This document shows positions 1-10,737 of a stretch of DNA of 64,000 bases, piece after piece. The DNA lies in assembly GCA_963682135.1 (NCBI GenBank), contig OY821645.1:128001-192000 (forward strand). The letters run 5' to 3'. How positions within the stretch are numbered: the first letter of the stretch is position 1; each line of letters opens with the position of its first letter. The notes under the pieces were generated by a model that saw only the letters and a list, made by a program, of their open reading frames with translations, was not told the origin of the DNA and did no database searches. Position numbers and translations under genes: made by a program. Source of the stretch: Methanothrix sp. GTDB taxonomy: Archaea > Halobacteriota > Methanosarcinia > Methanotrichales > Methanotrichaceae.

Positions 1-112
1 CCAGCCGACCCAGCTGCTCCGTCTTGGTCTCATCCAAAAGAAGCTGACCGGCAGAGCCGCACTCGCAATGCTCTCCCCTGAAAAAACCGTGTTGAGGGCA
101 ACGCTTGATCAT
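1..112 (-). CDS. kptA: RNA 2'-phosphotransferase (KptA/Tpt1), N-terminal part, runs off the window
   Basis: Manual translation MIKRCPQHGFFRGEHCECGSAGQLLLDETKTEQLGRL matches the Zn-ribbon N-terminus of methanogen KptA; GGAG lies upstream. Confidence 0.75.
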   Translation of the reverse strand, partial: MIKRCPQHGFFRGEHCECGSAGQLLLDETKTEQLGRL

Positions 113-205
113 CTGTAGAACTCCTATCTCTCAAGGTAGACCTTCGCATAGATATATCTGACCGCTGAGCAAAGTCTCAAATATGTCCGCGCCAGATGAA
201 CTTTT

Positions 206-421
206 ATGCCCGACTCCAATGATGTCGAGAAAATGATATGCAAGATGCTTGATATGGGCGATGAGGAGTTATTGGCGGAAATGGAAAGGTCTTTCCGACT
301 CTCGGATGAGCGCCACCAGCGGATCAGCGATACCCTGGAGGAGATGATGCTGGAAGTAGACCGACTCATCTCTAAAATTGACGAAATAGAGGACGAGCCG
401 TTCGAAGATGAGGATGAGTAA
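206..421 (+). CDS. Small acidic hypothetical protein
   Basis: 71-aa ORF, helical and acidic, co-oriented 11 bp before mptA. Confidence 0.6.
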   Translation: MPDSNDVEKMICKMLDMGDEELLAEMERSFRLSDERHQRISDTLEEMMLEVDRLISKIDEIEDEPFEDEDE

Positions 422-432
422 TCAAGCACAAG

Positions 433-1395
433 GTGACTTTAGTGGACAGCCTACCTGATATTCAAGCTTGCGAACCTGATTATCCCTTCAATTTAACCAG
501 AGTGGGTGTGACCGGCGTCAAAAAGCTGGTGAAAGTTGAGCGAGGGAACGATGAGAGGCCCGTAGTTCTCATCTCCAACTTTGAGGTCTTTGTCGATCTT
601 CCTTCTGACCGCAAAGGGGCCAATCTCTCCCGCAACTTTGAGGTGATCGATGAAGTTCTGGAAGAGGCCATAAACCGCCCTGTTTATGAGATCGAGGAGC
701 TTTGTGGAGAGATTGCTAAGAGACTTCTATCCCGGCATGAGTACGCTTCCCGGGCGGAAGTAAAGATGAAAAGCGAGTACATTGTACGCAGACAGACACC
801 GGTGACAAAAGTCAACTGCCAGGAAGTGGTGGACATCTTTGCCGAGGCGGTAGCCCGAGCCGGGCCCACCGGGTATGTGCGAAAGACTGTAGGGGCTGAG
901 GTGCTGGGCATGACTGCCTGTCCCTGCGCTCAGGAGATCATGAAAGAGCAGGTTCGCCAGGAGCTGGCCAAAGCTGGGCTCTCTATGCAGGCGGCAGCAG
1001 AGCTTGCACAGCAGCTGCCCGTGGCCACGCACAATCAGCGCGGACGGGGCAGCATATCTGTTGAAGTTCATGACCGACGATGCGTTTCCATCGACCGGAT
1101 CATCAAGATCATTGAAGAGTCCATGAGTTCTAAAGTCTTTGGACTGCTCAAGCGTCCGGACGAGGCTGTGGTAGTGAAGAGAGCACACAGCAACCCGAAG
1201 TTTGTGGAGGATTGCGTACGAACCATGGCCCAGAAATTGGTCGAAGCATTTTCCGATCTTCCTGATGACGCCGCGGTGACCTTGAAGCAGATCAACGAGG
1301 AGAGCATTCACCAACATAATGCTTTTGCGGAAAGAACGGCAAAAATGGGTGAGCTGCGAGCAGAATTAGCTCGCGTTAAAGGGATTGATGAATAA
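433..1395 (+). CDS. mptA: GTP cyclohydrolase MptA (FolE2 family)
   Basis: [35 protein letters not shown] and ESIHQHNA motifs. Confidence 0.95.
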   Translation: MTLVDSLPDIQACEPDYPFNLTRVGVTGVKKLVKVERGNDERPVVLISNFEVFVDLPSDRKGANLSRNFEVIDEVLEEAINRPVYEIEELCGEIAKRLLSRHEYASRAEVKMKSEYIVRRQTPVTKVNCQEVVDIFAEAVARAGPTGYVRKTVGAEVLGMTACPCAQEIMKEQVRQELAKAGLSMQAAAELAQQLPVATHNQRGRGSISVEVHDRRCVSIDRIIKIIEESMSSKVFGLLKRPDEAVVVKRAHSNPKFVEDCVRTMAQKLVEAFSDLPDDAAVTLKQINEESIHQHNAFAERTAKMGELRAELARVKGIDE

Positions 1396-2170
1396 GGGAC
1401 TGAAAATGACTGAAATACAAAGCATAGCCGGTCCTCTCAGAGAGCTGCTCCAAGAGAGGGAGATCATATCCAGGTGTGAGCTTCTCCTTCGCACCTATGA
1501 TATTGTTCGGTCTGCAAAATTAAGCGACCAGGAGCGAATGGAGCTGGTCGAAACCGTGGGTGAGAGAATTGCCCCCGGCATCTTTGCGAGCATCATGAGC
1601 AAAGAGCCAGTATTTCCCGACCTGCCCAAGCTTGATACCTACACCCAAATCGATGGTCGCATCTTCCATTTTTCGCATTCCAAAAAATACAGCAAACAGG
1701 ACTTCAAAAAAGCAGCGGACATGCTTCTTGCCTCTCTTCCCGAGTTGAAGATCATCCTGCAACAATGCCTGGCGGATAGACTTACGGCTTTCATGAATGA
1801 AGCCGGGTACACCCTATCGGCACATAGCCCGCAAGAATTGACATTTTCAGCTGCAAAACGCAGGGCAAAGGTGTTTGTAGCCACAAGCGTAAAGTCTCTG
1901 GATATCAATAATTACACCACCGAGACGGGAATTGACTATATAATCCTGGTGCCAAGCAGCGAGACTTTGGAACCATTTGTGCAGTTCTTCCAAGAAAATG
2001 GACAAGCTGCAGAGGATAAATGTCTTAATATTTGGATAATGAACATGGAGAAGGGTACCATAGATCCATTTGTAGGTTATACTACCGATCTGGATATCTA
2101 CAATCAGTTCACCAATCCTCGTCTGGCAGAAATGGTGAGACTTAATTGGTCCCGGGGCAGCAGTCAATAG
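1385..2170 (+). CDS. Conserved methanogen hypothetical protein
   Basis: 261-aa ORF overlapping the mptA stop; C-terminal [20 protein letters not shown]. Confidence 0.8.
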   Translation: MMNKGLKMTEIQSIAGPLRELLQEREIISRCELLLRTYDIVRSAKLSDQERMELVETVGERIAPGIFASIMSKEPVFPDLPKLDTYTQIDGRIFHFSHSKKYSKQDFKKAADMLLASLPELKIILQQCLADRLTAFMNEAGYTLSAHSPQELTFSAAKRRAKVFVATSVKSLDINNYTTETGIDYIILVPSSETLEPFVQFFQENGQAAEDKCLNIWIMNMEKGTIDPFVGYTTDLDIYNQFTNPRLAEMVRLNWSRGSSQ

Positions 2171-2308
2171 CTTGCTTGCCCGGGCATTTACATTTTTTGT
2201 TAATATTATTATAAGTTAATTGGCTTCCTGCTCTCGGAACTTTAGGCTAAGTATTATATAGATAGAGCACTCTAAAAAGAATGGAGAAAGCAAAATTCAT
2301 GGGGTGAG

Positions 2309-3853
2309 GTGGGGTGTATGAAGTTTGATCTTAAGTTGTCAATCATGTTTCTGTTAATGATTAACACTGCCTTAGGTGCAGTAGGCGATGTGGGTATCTC
2401 GGATATGGATACAAATTCTTACCTATCAGAACAATCCGGCCAGGCATCGACGAACCAGCCATTGTTATCATCATACGGCAGTTCGTCCTATGGCAGTTAT
2501 ACCGCGCAGGGCCAGGATAATTCCCAGAGCCAACAATCCGCTTACCAGGCACCTCAGATCAGCGGGCCAATGCAAGAGCAAATGACTGCGGAGCAGCTGG
2601 GACTCTCCCAGCCGCAAATGGAGAGCTTCGCTCCCGACGGGAGTCTGGGTTTCGTGCCAGCCTCGCAGCCGGCCGACGCAGCTCAGATAATATCCGCGCC
2701 TGCGCAGTCTTCAGTTCCGTCTTCAACATCGTCTTTTGTTCAGGCGACATTTCCGGGTTCCAGCATCTGGTATTATCCCAGTTCTTTAGTTTCCGCCAAC
2801 AGATTCTATGTACAGACTGCTTCCGGCTTGAGAACGCTGGGAGGGTGCAGCTATAGAGGCTATCTTCCTCTTTGGGCGGATATCAAATCGAGCGGCAACT
2901 TTTTTGTCTATGAATGGTATCCCGGACGATCCACTCCCTCGGTGCGATGGTGGGGCTGGACAGGAAGTGGCTGGAAGAAAGGCTGGTTTTGCGGAGATGT
3001 CTCCGGCTGGCATATCCTCTGCTACAACAGCGGCATATGGTCCAACTACATCTACATTTATGTTTATCCCAGAGGCGCCACACTATCAGCGCCATCAGGT
3101 TACACAAGTGCCGCGTCAAGCATGAGCGCAGCATCTCTGCCCCTGAATGCGCCCATTGCTCCTGATCCGGCTGCCGAAAGGATTGTCTTGCCTGATTTCA
3201 ACCAATACAGGCCGATCACAGATCAGTCCTCTCAGAGTGGCTACAGTTATCCGGCGCAGGGAGGCGACCAGCTTGCTGTTTACCCCAGTTCAGCGAATCC
3301 CGCTTTGATCAACTCACCAAGTCAAGGCGCTTATGCTGGTGGGGCAATCCTTTCCGGCCAGGCAGGCACTTCAAGCAAAACCTGTACTACCTGTACAAGC
3401 TCCACAGTGATTACAGGCGGTGTTTCCAGCAGCTATCCCTATGAGACGGGTTGCCCAACCTGCGCCGCTCCAGCAAGCCAGAGCGCGCCTTACGGCTACG
3501 CTGCGCAAAGCTATCAAGCAGTCTATCCTGTGCCTTCTGTCTGCAGGTGCAATGAGTACTATGTCCAGAGCTGCCCGGGAAGGCTGGCAACAGTGGCAGG
3601 CGTATTTTGTGGGTCATGGCTGCCTCTCTGGTCTAAAGTAAGCCGGCCAGGTGCCTATTGGTCTTTTGAGTGGACGGCTTGTGGCAGCGGACCCGGCTAC
3701 TATTGCTCTCCTGAGATCAAGAACTTCGGCTACAAGAGCACTGGATGGTACCAGACCTGGTTTAAGGCAAATAATCCCGGTTGGCATATACTCAGCTACT
3801 GCTGCAATGATTGGTCCAACTACGTTTACGTCTATGTCTGGCCGGCAGACTAG
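2309..3853 (+). CDS. Secreted hypothetical protein with two copies of a Trp/Tyr-rich domain
   Basis: Signal peptide; internal repeat LPLW...EW...GW..WF...GWHIL...WSNY.Y.YV.P separated by S/Q/P-rich linkers. Confidence 0.85.
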   Translation: MGCMKFDLKLSIMFLLMINTALGAVGDVGISDMDTNSYLSEQSGQASTNQPLLSSYGSSSYGSYTAQGQDNSQSQQSAYQAPQISGPMQEQMTAEQLGLSQPQMESFAPDGSLGFVPASQPADAAQIISAPAQSSVPSSTSSFVQATFPGSSIWYYPSSLVSANRFYVQTASGLRTLGGCSYRGYLPLWADIKSSGNFFVYEWYPGRSTPSVRWWGWTGSGWKKGWFCGDVSGWHILCYNSGIWSNYIYIYVYPRGATLSAPSGYTSAASSMSAASLPLNAPIAPDPAAERIVLPDFNQYRPITDQSSQSGYSYPAQGGDQLAVYPSSANPALINSPSQGAYAGGAILSGQAGTSSKTCTTCTSSTVITGGVSSSYPYETGCPTCAAPASQSAPYGYAAQSYQAVYPVPSVCRCNEYYVQSCPGRLATVAGVFCGSWLPLWSKVSRPGAYWSFEWTACGSGPGYYCSPEIKNFGYKSTGWYQTWFKANNPGWHILSYCCNDWSNYVYVYVWPAD

Positions 3854-3903
3854 TCTTGTTGCGACTATTTCATTTTTTGCATCTCATCTTTTTGGGCGAT
3901 CGG

Positions 3904-3911
3904 TTTAAATA
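3904..3911 (+). promoter_or_regulatory. Putative archaeal TATA box for rps3ae
   Basis: TTTAAATA ~50 nt upstream of the start; GGAGG RBS follows. Confidence 0.5.
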
Positions 3912-3960
3912 CCGTGAGCTTGAACGAACTTCGGATTGATATTACCTCGGAGGATGTTTA

Positions 3961-4596
3961 TTGGCAAGAAGATCACAAAGAAAGGCTGAGAGCAGAAAGG
4001 CCAAGCAATGGTATAAGGTTGTAAGTCCGGAGATGTTCGGCAGAGTTCCCTTTGGTGAAACGGTAGCTAACGATCCGGAGAGGGTTGTGGGAAGGATCGT
4101 TGAGACCACCCTGGGAGACCTCACCAACAACTTCTCCAAACAGAACACCAAACTTAAGTTCAAAGTAGATCGCGTGGCAGGAGATTCGGCATATACCAAG
4201 TTCCTGGGCCATGAGATGACCACAGATTATGTGCGCTCCCTGGTCAAGAGGAGGACCTCGAGAATAGATTCCATTGTGGACGTAATCACCACTGATGGCT
4301 ACCATGTTCGGGTCAAGCCCAGTTGCTTCACAGTGAAGCGGGCGCGGGCCAATCAGGTCAAAAGCATCAGAGAGCTCTCCAAGAGAGTCGTCTTAGAGAG
4401 GTCAAAGAGTCTGGACCTAAACCAATTGATCCAAGAAGCTGTGGGTGGCAAGATCTCTTTGGATATCTACAAAGAGGCCAAGACTATCTATCCCCTCAGG
4501 CGCGTGGAAGTGCGCAAGACTGAGATCAAGTCCGAGCCAACCATGGCAACAGCAGCGCCTGCTCCCACACCGGAAGCTACGACAGCCCCATCTTAA
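3961..4596 (+). CDS. rps3ae: 30S ribosomal protein S3Ae (eS1)
   Basis: KQWYKVVSPEMFG, GRIVETTLGDLT, DYVRSLVKRRTSRID, IYPLRRVEVRK. Confidence 0.97.
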   Translation: MARRSQRKAESRKAKQWYKVVSPEMFGRVPFGETVANDPERVVGRIVETTLGDLTNNFSKQNTKLKFKVDRVAGDSAYTKFLGHEMTTDYVRSLVKRRTSRIDSIVDVITTDGYHVRVKPSCFTVKRARANQVKSIRELSKRVVLERSKSLDLNQLIQEAVGGKISLDIYKEAKTIYPLRRVEVRKTEIKSEPTMATAAPAPTPEATTAPS

Positions 4597-4845
4597 ATCT
4601 CATACGCCAAATCTAATGGCGATCTCCAGCGCCTTTCTTGCTGCGGAGCTTGAAGGGCGCGGTTAGAGATTTTTGTAGAATATAGCTTTGCTTTTTTAAA
4701 AAATCCCTCTCGTCTGAACAAAGGCGGTCATGTGATCATTCTTAAGGTCACTGATGCGGCTGGCGCCTCCGCCCAGGTAAGCGTCTTGGTAGAAGTGATG
4801 TTAGACGCAAAGTATTATAATACACTCTCGCGTAGCTAAAACGGC

Positions 4846-5313
4846 ATGACAAACGTCCCTGATATCCCCCTGGAGCAGATCCAGCAACGTGTAGTGGCCA
4901 TGTGGATGGGCAGCTTCTATGGCAGCAGCGGCTATGTGGCTCGCAAGCTCGGCAAGAAAGGTCTGCGCGAGTTTCAGGGTATCGGCGCTCATCAGGTAGC
5001 GGCCACATTTAAGCAGTTGGGCCTGGAGAAACCGGAAGATGTGGCTCTGGCCATGGCAACCAACGACAAGAACCTCTTCGGAAGCGTGGTGGAGGTCACG
5101 GAGAATAATGGCGTTGTGGAGATCAAACGTCATCGCTGCGGCTTGATGGAAGGCGCCAAATCCTTTGCTCGCATCGGGGCCGGCCTGATCGCTAAGGAGC
5201 ACTGCAAGACCTGCGTAGAAAGCCACTGGCAGAAGGTCTTCTCCAATCTGAAGATGAAGCTAGAAGTAGAACATACCGAGGACGGATGCATCATGAGAAT
5301 ATCAAATCAATAA
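4846..5313 (+). CDS. Hypothetical protein, possible V4R/ligand-binding-like fold
   Basis: 155-aa ORF with Cys residues (RC, HCKTC, GC). Confidence 0.7.
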   Translation: MTNVPDIPLEQIQQRVVAMWMGSFYGSSGYVARKLGKKGLREFQGIGAHQVAATFKQLGLEKPEDVALAMATNDKNLFGSVVEVTENNGVVEIKRHRCGLMEGAKSFARIGAGLIAKEHCKTCVESHWQKVFSNLKMKLEVEHTEDGCIMRISNQ

Positions 5314-5430
5314 ATTCAAAAATAAAGGGAGGATCTGCATTACCAAAAATGCAGATTCAGCCTCGCAAAAAAAATATTCTTTGCAAAGAATGATGCAGGG
5401 CTTGCTGGGGCTCTCTTCAAGACACTAATT

Positions 5431-6654
5431 TTATGCAGCTTTGCTTCGCAATTGAGCCGCTTTCTTCTTCATGTTCTGCTCAATGCGATCTTTATTAGCT
5501 TTCATCTTATCTCTGGCTTCCTTTACCTTTGCGGCTTGGCTCGATGCAGTCAATTTGCTATTCTTCAAAGAAGCACTCTTCGTTTTAGCGGTCTTTAATT
5601 TGATATTCTTCTTCGAGACTTTCGAGCTTTTTGCTTTATTAGCATTATCTGAGACTGATGCGCCATCGGTACTTGCACCGTTATCTTGACTAGTGACTTG
5701 CTCAGATTTCGGACTAATAGTCGGCTCTGTCTTGAACTCAATTATTGATACAGGCTCTCTTGCCGGGGTGTTTTCTGCGAGATTGGTTAAACTGCCGATA
5801 GCGGCTGATGGCAAGGATGTGAGAACCTCTGTGCTCGCGACCTCTGCTCCTTGAGAGTTTGCGCTCTCTTCATCGGACGGAACGCTGCTTTGTCCTTGGC
5901 TGGAAAGATCGCTGCTTGTGATCGTGCCATTCGCAGCATCTATCTGAGGCAGACTCACAGTGCTGTTAGCATTTGAGAATAAAGATTCTTGTTCTTGTGA
6001 ATTGTTCAGGGATTGATTAGTCGGCATTGGTACTATTGCAGTCTCATTAGTGGGCATTGGCACCATTGCAGTCTCATTAGTGGGCATTGGTACTATTGCA
6101 GTCTCATTAGTGGGCATTGGTACTGTTGCAGTCTCATTGGTCAGGTTGTTCATGTCGCTGCTTTTTTTTGCAGAGCTTGCAGAAGACGACGTGGAAGATG
6201 ACGAGCTATGATGTCTTGTAACGGGAGAGTTGCCGCTCTTTTCATTGACAGAACTCAGGGAGCTGCTGCTCGATGATTTGCCTGTGGCAACGACTCCCTT
6301 TGCGATCTGACCGGATGAGAGCGACACATTCATCTTCGAGAGGTTGGCAGGGCTTTGTTCCTTGGTTTGACTGCTCGTGTTTAGGGAAGAATTCGTGCTG
6401 ATATTTCCGCTATTCTCATTATCGCTCGCCGTAGATGGGATGCCGTTTTCCGGACCATTGAGATCAAGGCCAGCACCCTTGTAGTCTGGATTCGAAGCAA
6501 AAGAGACGAGATCGGATATGAGAAATATGGCCAGACCAGTCGTGCAAATCAACGCCAATATGATGAGAACGCTTATCAGCCTGGGATATTTATTTATTAA
6601 TTTTTCGCGAGCCAGACCATAGTAGGTGATGCTCGACCCCGCAAAGTCCTTCAT
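5431..6654 (-). CDS. Membrane-anchored low-complexity Ser/Thr/Asn-rich protein with a basic C-terminus
   Basis: N-terminal TM helix; internal tandem repeat; Lys-rich tail. Confidence 0.8.
   Translation of the reverse strand: MKDFAGSSITYYGLAREKLINKYPRLISVLIILALICTTGLAIFLISDLVSFASNPDYKGAGLDLNGPENGIPSTASDNENSGNISTNSSLNTSSQTKEQSPANLSKMNVSLSSGQIAKGVVATGKSSSSSSLSSVNEKSGNSPVTRHHSSSSSTSSSASSAKKSSDMNNLTNETATVPMPTNETAIVPMPTNETAMVPMPTNETAIVPMPTNQSLNNSQEQESLFSNANSTVSLPQIDAANGTITSSDLSSQGQSSVPSDEESANSQGAEVASTEVLTSLPSAAIGSLTNLAENTPAREPVSIIEFKTEPTISPKSEQVTSQDNGASTDGASVSDNANKAKSSKVSKKNIKLKTAKTKSASLKNSKLTASSQAAKVKEARDKMKANKDRIEQNMKKKAAQLRSKAA
6017..6139. repeat. 30-bp coding tandem repeat, ~4 copies (TNETA[TIM]VPMP)
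   Basis: Unit gtgggcattggtactattgcagtctcatta repeated with 1-2 substitutions. Confidence 0.95.
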
Positions 6655-6730
6655 ACATAAACAGATATTTTTTAAAGTTTATAACTTTTACGATCGATAA
6701 AAAATTTATTGAGTTATACTCTCGATCAAT

Positions 6731-7360
6731 CTAAGTGACAACAGGCATTCCTGCCGCCTGCCAGGCAGCAATTCCGCCCGAAAGGACGAATGCTTCGCGA
6801 TCTCCATAGACTCTCAGCGTCTGAACGGCAAAAGCGGCGTTGGTATCAGTCGCGCAGTAGACGGCTACCTTTCTGCCGGCAGGAATCATTCCCATCTGAG
6901 ATATGAGATTTTCCAAGGGGATGTTCAATGCTTCTGTAATATGGCCGGCCATGTATAGCTGCGGCGTCCTGACATCCACTATGGCCCAGTTCTTATCCTG
7001 GCTGGAAATGCTCAGGAACTCTGCAACGCTCATGAGATAGAAATCATTGTTCTTTGCCTCTTTAAGGAAGGAATCCGTCTTGACCATGTAGTCGGATGAC
7101 TGGCCCAGAGCCGAAGAGACCTGGACGGGGGATATGGATTCTACCGATGTGGTTTTCTTATAGGAATCATTAAGCGATGAAGTTGACCAAGGCTGGCCCT
7201 TATAGCTGTCTGTATTTGTTTTTTTCTCACTGAGGATCTGCTTATTCATTAGATCTACTTTGTCTTGATCATCCTGCACCTGGCTCTGTCCCCATGCACA
7301 TGTTTGGATCAGAAGGCAAGCCAGCGCTACTAAACAGAGTAATAGGTTAGTTGACCTCAT
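6731..7360 (-). CDS. Secreted rhodanese-like domain protein
   Basis: Signal peptide; IVDVR..GHI..ALNIP, VAVYC, LSGGIAAW. Confidence 0.9.
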   Translation of the reverse strand: MRSTNLLLCLVALACLLIQTCAWGQSQVQDDQDKVDLMNKQILSEKKTNTDSYKGQPWSTSSLNDSYKKTTSVESISPVQVSSALGQSSDYMVKTDSFLKEAKNNDFYLMSVAEFLSISSQDKNWAIVDVRTPQLYMAGHITEALNIPLENLISQMGMIPAGRKVAVYCATDTNAAFAVQTLRVYGDREAFVLSGGIAAWQAAGMPVVT

Positions 7361-7584
7361 CTATAAACACCATTCACTACAGTATTTCTGCTCCTACTAA
7401 TAATGTTTGGCTTGCAGTCATAGCGCATGTGTGGGAAGCAACTGAAAACCTTTGGTCCATCTCAATCATTTTGTCTTACTAATATAATATTCATTATTCC
7501 TATATATAAAATGATGGTGCTGTAATTAAAACATTTGTTAAGTAAATTATATATACTGTAATAGACAAATTTAGCTGACTGAAG

Positions 7585-7959
7585 GTGAGTGGTATGAAGA
7601 AGTTCATTTGTAGAAACTGCGGCGCTTTAAATGTAGCATCGGAAGCGGATCTTAAAAGCAATGACGATTGGCTGCAATGTGCGCTTCCTCAGGGTTTCGA
7701 ATGGATTTTGCCTGCTGGGAAAATTACCCCTGTTATTGGCGAAGCGATATACATTTCCGGAATGGGGGAGCATCTCTCTCGCGAGGAATATTTAAATAAA
7801 CATGGCATTGATCCGGAAATTGCCTACAATCTGATGCGTGGAAACCATGGCTACCGATCCGCGTCGCGCAATCTTGCCGGATCGTCTCCAATAAAGAGTC
7901 AGATAAATACAAATAAAAAGGCTAAAAACTGGCTTGATGAGGATGACTGGACCTCATGA
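7585..7959 (+). CDS. Hypothetical protein with an N-terminal CxxC
   Basis: 124-aa ORF, FICRNCG; AT-rich promoter-like region upstream. Confidence 0.75.
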   Translation: MSGMKKFICRNCGALNVASEADLKSNDDWLQCALPQGFEWILPAGKITPVIGEAIYISGMGEHLSREEYLNKHGIDPEIAYNLMRGNHGYRSASRNLAGSSPIKSQINTNKKAKNWLDEDDWTS

Positions 7960-8255
7960 TGCCTAATAATAGCCTTGCTGCAATTTTATTCCTAATGAGA
8001 TTAGGGGGCAATCTCTTCACAAAGGCGGTAAATAGCCCCATTCTTTAGAGCGGCAACCTTCACTATCCCCGTGCATCTCCGATGCATAACCGTTTGGTAT
8101 TTCATGCATACCCTTTACACTTTCTTTTTTTGCGGCAAGACCAGTTTACCATGCTTTTCCCGTTGATATCTAAATCCAGGATTTGCCTGCAAGAAAATTG
8201 CTCATGATTAGATAGATTAAAATATGCATGTGAGGCAGTCACAATGCGCTGAGGA

Positions 8256-8810
8256 ATGAGTATGAAGGAGAGGCTTGATGAGATAGGTTCACGTCTTCGT
8301 GAGCTGAGGGAGCTAAATATGGTATCGTCCGAGGAGATGGCAGAGCACCTTAATGTGCCTGTGGGGACATACAACTGCTATGAAGATGGAAAGCTGGACA
8401 TTCCCGCCAGCATTCTCATCGGCATTGCGCGAAAACTCAACGTTGATACAGGCCTGCTTCTCACTGGCGAAGAGTCCAAGATGAGCATATTCACTATTAC
8501 TCGAAAGGGCGAAGCGGTTGAAGTGGAACGCAGAGAACAATATCACTACCAGAGCTTGGCCAGAAAGTTCGCTCATAAAAAAGCTGAGCCGTTTATAGTC
8601 ACCATCGATCCCAGGAAAGACGGCCCGTCATTCTACAGTCATCCTGGCCAGGAATTTGAATATGTGCTGGAGGGGTCTTTGAAGATCACTATTCATGACA
8701 ATGATGTAGTGCTAAACGCTGGAGACTCCATCTTCTTCGATTCGTCTTATGATCATTATATGCAAGCCCTAAACGACAGGCCAGTGAAGCTGCTGGCTGT
8801 GGTCATGTAG
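8256..8810 (+). CDS. XRE-family HTH regulator with cupin domain
   Basis: [13 protein letters not shown]; [12 protein letters not shown] cupin motif. Confidence 0.93.
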   Translation: MSMKERLDEIGSRLRELRELNMVSSEEMAEHLNVPVGTYNCYEDGKLDIPASILIGIARKLNVDTGLLLTGEESKMSIFTITRKGEAVEVERREQYHYQSLARKFAHKKAEPFIVTIDPRKDGPSFYSHPGQEFEYVLEGSLKITIHDNDVVLNAGDSIFFDSSYDHYMQALNDRPVKLLAVVM

Positions 8811-8831
8811 TTGAGAAAGAGGAACTAGAAA

Positions 8832-10733
8832 ATGACGTCATTATTGCCTAAGTTCGTATCTCGGGTCGATTACAAGTCATATGAGGATTTTAAAGAAAAT
8901 CTTAAGATCCTAGTTCCCGAGAACTTCAATTTTGCCTACGATGTAGTCGATGCCTATGCCGCAGAATATCCAGATAAGCGTGCCTTAGTCTGGTGCAATG
9001 ATCACGGTGAAGAGTTGATCATCACCTTCAAAGATCTGAAGATCCAAAGCGACAAGGCCGCCAATCTCTTTTCTAATTACGGACTGAAAAAAGGGGATAC
9101 GGTCATGCTCACCCTCAAGAGCCGCTGGGAGTTCTGGGTATGCATGGTGGGCTTGAACAAGATCGGGGCAATCTCCATTCCTTCTACGCATATGCTAAAG
9201 GCCAAGGACTTCGTTTATCGCATCAAGAAGGGCGATCTGAAGATGATCGTTTGCATAGCTGAGAACGGGGTTCCGGGCGAGTTTGATGAGGCCCACAAGA
9301 GTTTGGGAAATATTTCCCTGGTTAAAGTCCTGGTAGGAAAAACTGACCAGACGCGCGATGGCTGGATAAATTTCAATAATGAGCTGGCTATGGCATCGCC
9401 GGATTTCGTCCGCCCGACCGGAGATCAGGCGACGAGAAATGAGGATATCCTCCTCGGGTACTTTACTTCAGGAACTACGGGATATCCAAAAATGGTCAAA
9501 CATGATCAGACATATCCCCTGGGTCATATTCTTACTGCCAAGTACTGGCAGAATGTGGAGGATGATGGGCTTCATTACACCGTGGCGGATACGGGATGGG
9601 CCAAATGCGCCTGGGGCAAGATCTATGGCCAATGGCTGGCCGGCTCGGCGGTCTTCGTCTACGATTATGATCGATTTGATGCCGGGAAGATGATGGACGA
9701 GATGGGCAAATACGGGGTGACGACCTTCTGTGCTCCCCCGACGATCTTCAGATTCATGATCAAGAGCGACATGTCCAGATATGACTTCTCCCGGCTAAAA
9801 TATGCGGTCACGGCAGGAGAGCCGCTTAACCCGTCGGTTTATGAGAGCTTCCTCGCGACCACTGGCCTGCGCCTCATGGAAGGATTCGGCCAGACGGAGA
9901 CAGTGGTCTGCATTGCCAATTATCCCTGGATGGATCCCAAGCCCGGCTCCATGGGAAAGCCCGCACCGGGATTTGATATTGTATTGGTGGGCAAGAACGA
10001 CAAATTATGTGAGGTGGGTGAAGAAGGCGAGATTGTGATCAAGACGGACAAAGGAAAGCCCGTCGGCCTTTTCACCGATTATCATTCCGATCCGGACAAG
10101 ACCAAGAGCACCTGGCATGATGATTACTACCACACGGGAGACACCGCCTGGCGGGATGAGGACGGATTCTTCTGGTTCATAGGCCGTACGGATGACATGA
10201 TCAAGAGCTCTGGCTATCGGGTAGGACCTTTTGAGGTGGAGAGTGCCCTCATGTCTCATCCATCTGTGATGGAGGTGGCCATTACCGGTGTGCCTGATGC
10301 CATTCGTGGACAGGTAGTGAAGGCGACTATAGTCCTGGCCAAAGGATTTGCCGCTTCCGATGAGCTAAAAAAGGAGCTGCAAGACCACGTAAAGAAGGTC
10401 ACTGCACCCTACAAGTACCCAAGGATCATCGAATTCGTAGAGGAGCTGCCTAAAACCATAAGCGGGAAGATCCGGCGGGTGGAGATCAGAGATAAAGACA
10501 AGCCCTATCCGGTCATCAATACCCTGGAATGCAAGGCATGCGAGCGGTGTATTGAGGCATGTCCCGCGGATGTATTGAAGATGGGTGACGAGCTGAATTC
10601 TCGAGGGTATCACTATGTGCTCTATTCAGGTGACGGCTGCATTGGCTGCGGAGCATGTTATTACACCTGTCCTGAGCCTCTGGCCATTGAGGTTCATGTG
10701 CCCCAGAAAGAGAAAAAAATAGAGGAGAACTAA
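8832..10733 (+). CDS. AMP-forming acyl-CoA synthetase fused to a C-terminal 2x[4Fe-4S] ferredoxin (VorC-like)
   Basis: [32 protein letters not shown], then [12 protein letters not shown] and [12 protein letters not shown]. Confidence 0.92.
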   Translation: MTSLLPKFVSRVDYKSYEDFKENLKILVPENFNFAYDVVDAYAAEYPDKRALVWCNDHGEELIITFKDLKIQSDKAANLFSNYGLKKGDTVMLTLKSRWEFWVCMVGLNKIGAISIPSTHMLKAKDFVYRIKKGDLKMIVCIAENGVPGEFDEAHKSLGNISLVKVLVGKTDQTRDGWINFNNELAMASPDFVRPTGDQATRNEDILLGYFTSGTTGYPKMVKHDQTYPLGHILTAKYWQNVEDDGLHYTVADTGWAKCAWGKIYGQWLAGSAVFVYDYDRFDAGKMMDEMGKYGVTTFCAPPTIFRFMIKSDMSRYDFSRLKYAVTAGEPLNPSVYESFLATTGLRLMEGFGQTETVVCIANYPWMDPKPGSMGKPAPGFDIVLVGKNDKLCEVGEEGEIVIKTDKGKPVGLFTDYHSDPDKTKSTWHDDYYHTGDTAWRDEDGFFWFIGRTDDMIKSSGYRVGPFEVESALMSHPSVMEVAITGVPDAIRGQVVKATIVLAKGFAASDELKKELQDHVKKVTAPYKYPRIIEFVEELPKTISGKIRRVEIRDKDKPYPVINTLECKACERCIEACPADVLKMGDELNSRGYHYVLYSGDGCIGCGACYYTCPEPLAIEVHVPQKEKKIEEN

Positions 10734-10737
10734 AAAA

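Noticed and set aside
6017-6139. 30-bp repeats as a CRISPR array
   Set aside because: Head-to-tail with no spacers and in frame within a CDS; no CRISPR array or cas gene was seen in the window
8020-8075. Weak IS605-end-like sequence (agccccattctttagagcgg)
   Set aside because: The hairpin is too degenerate to support
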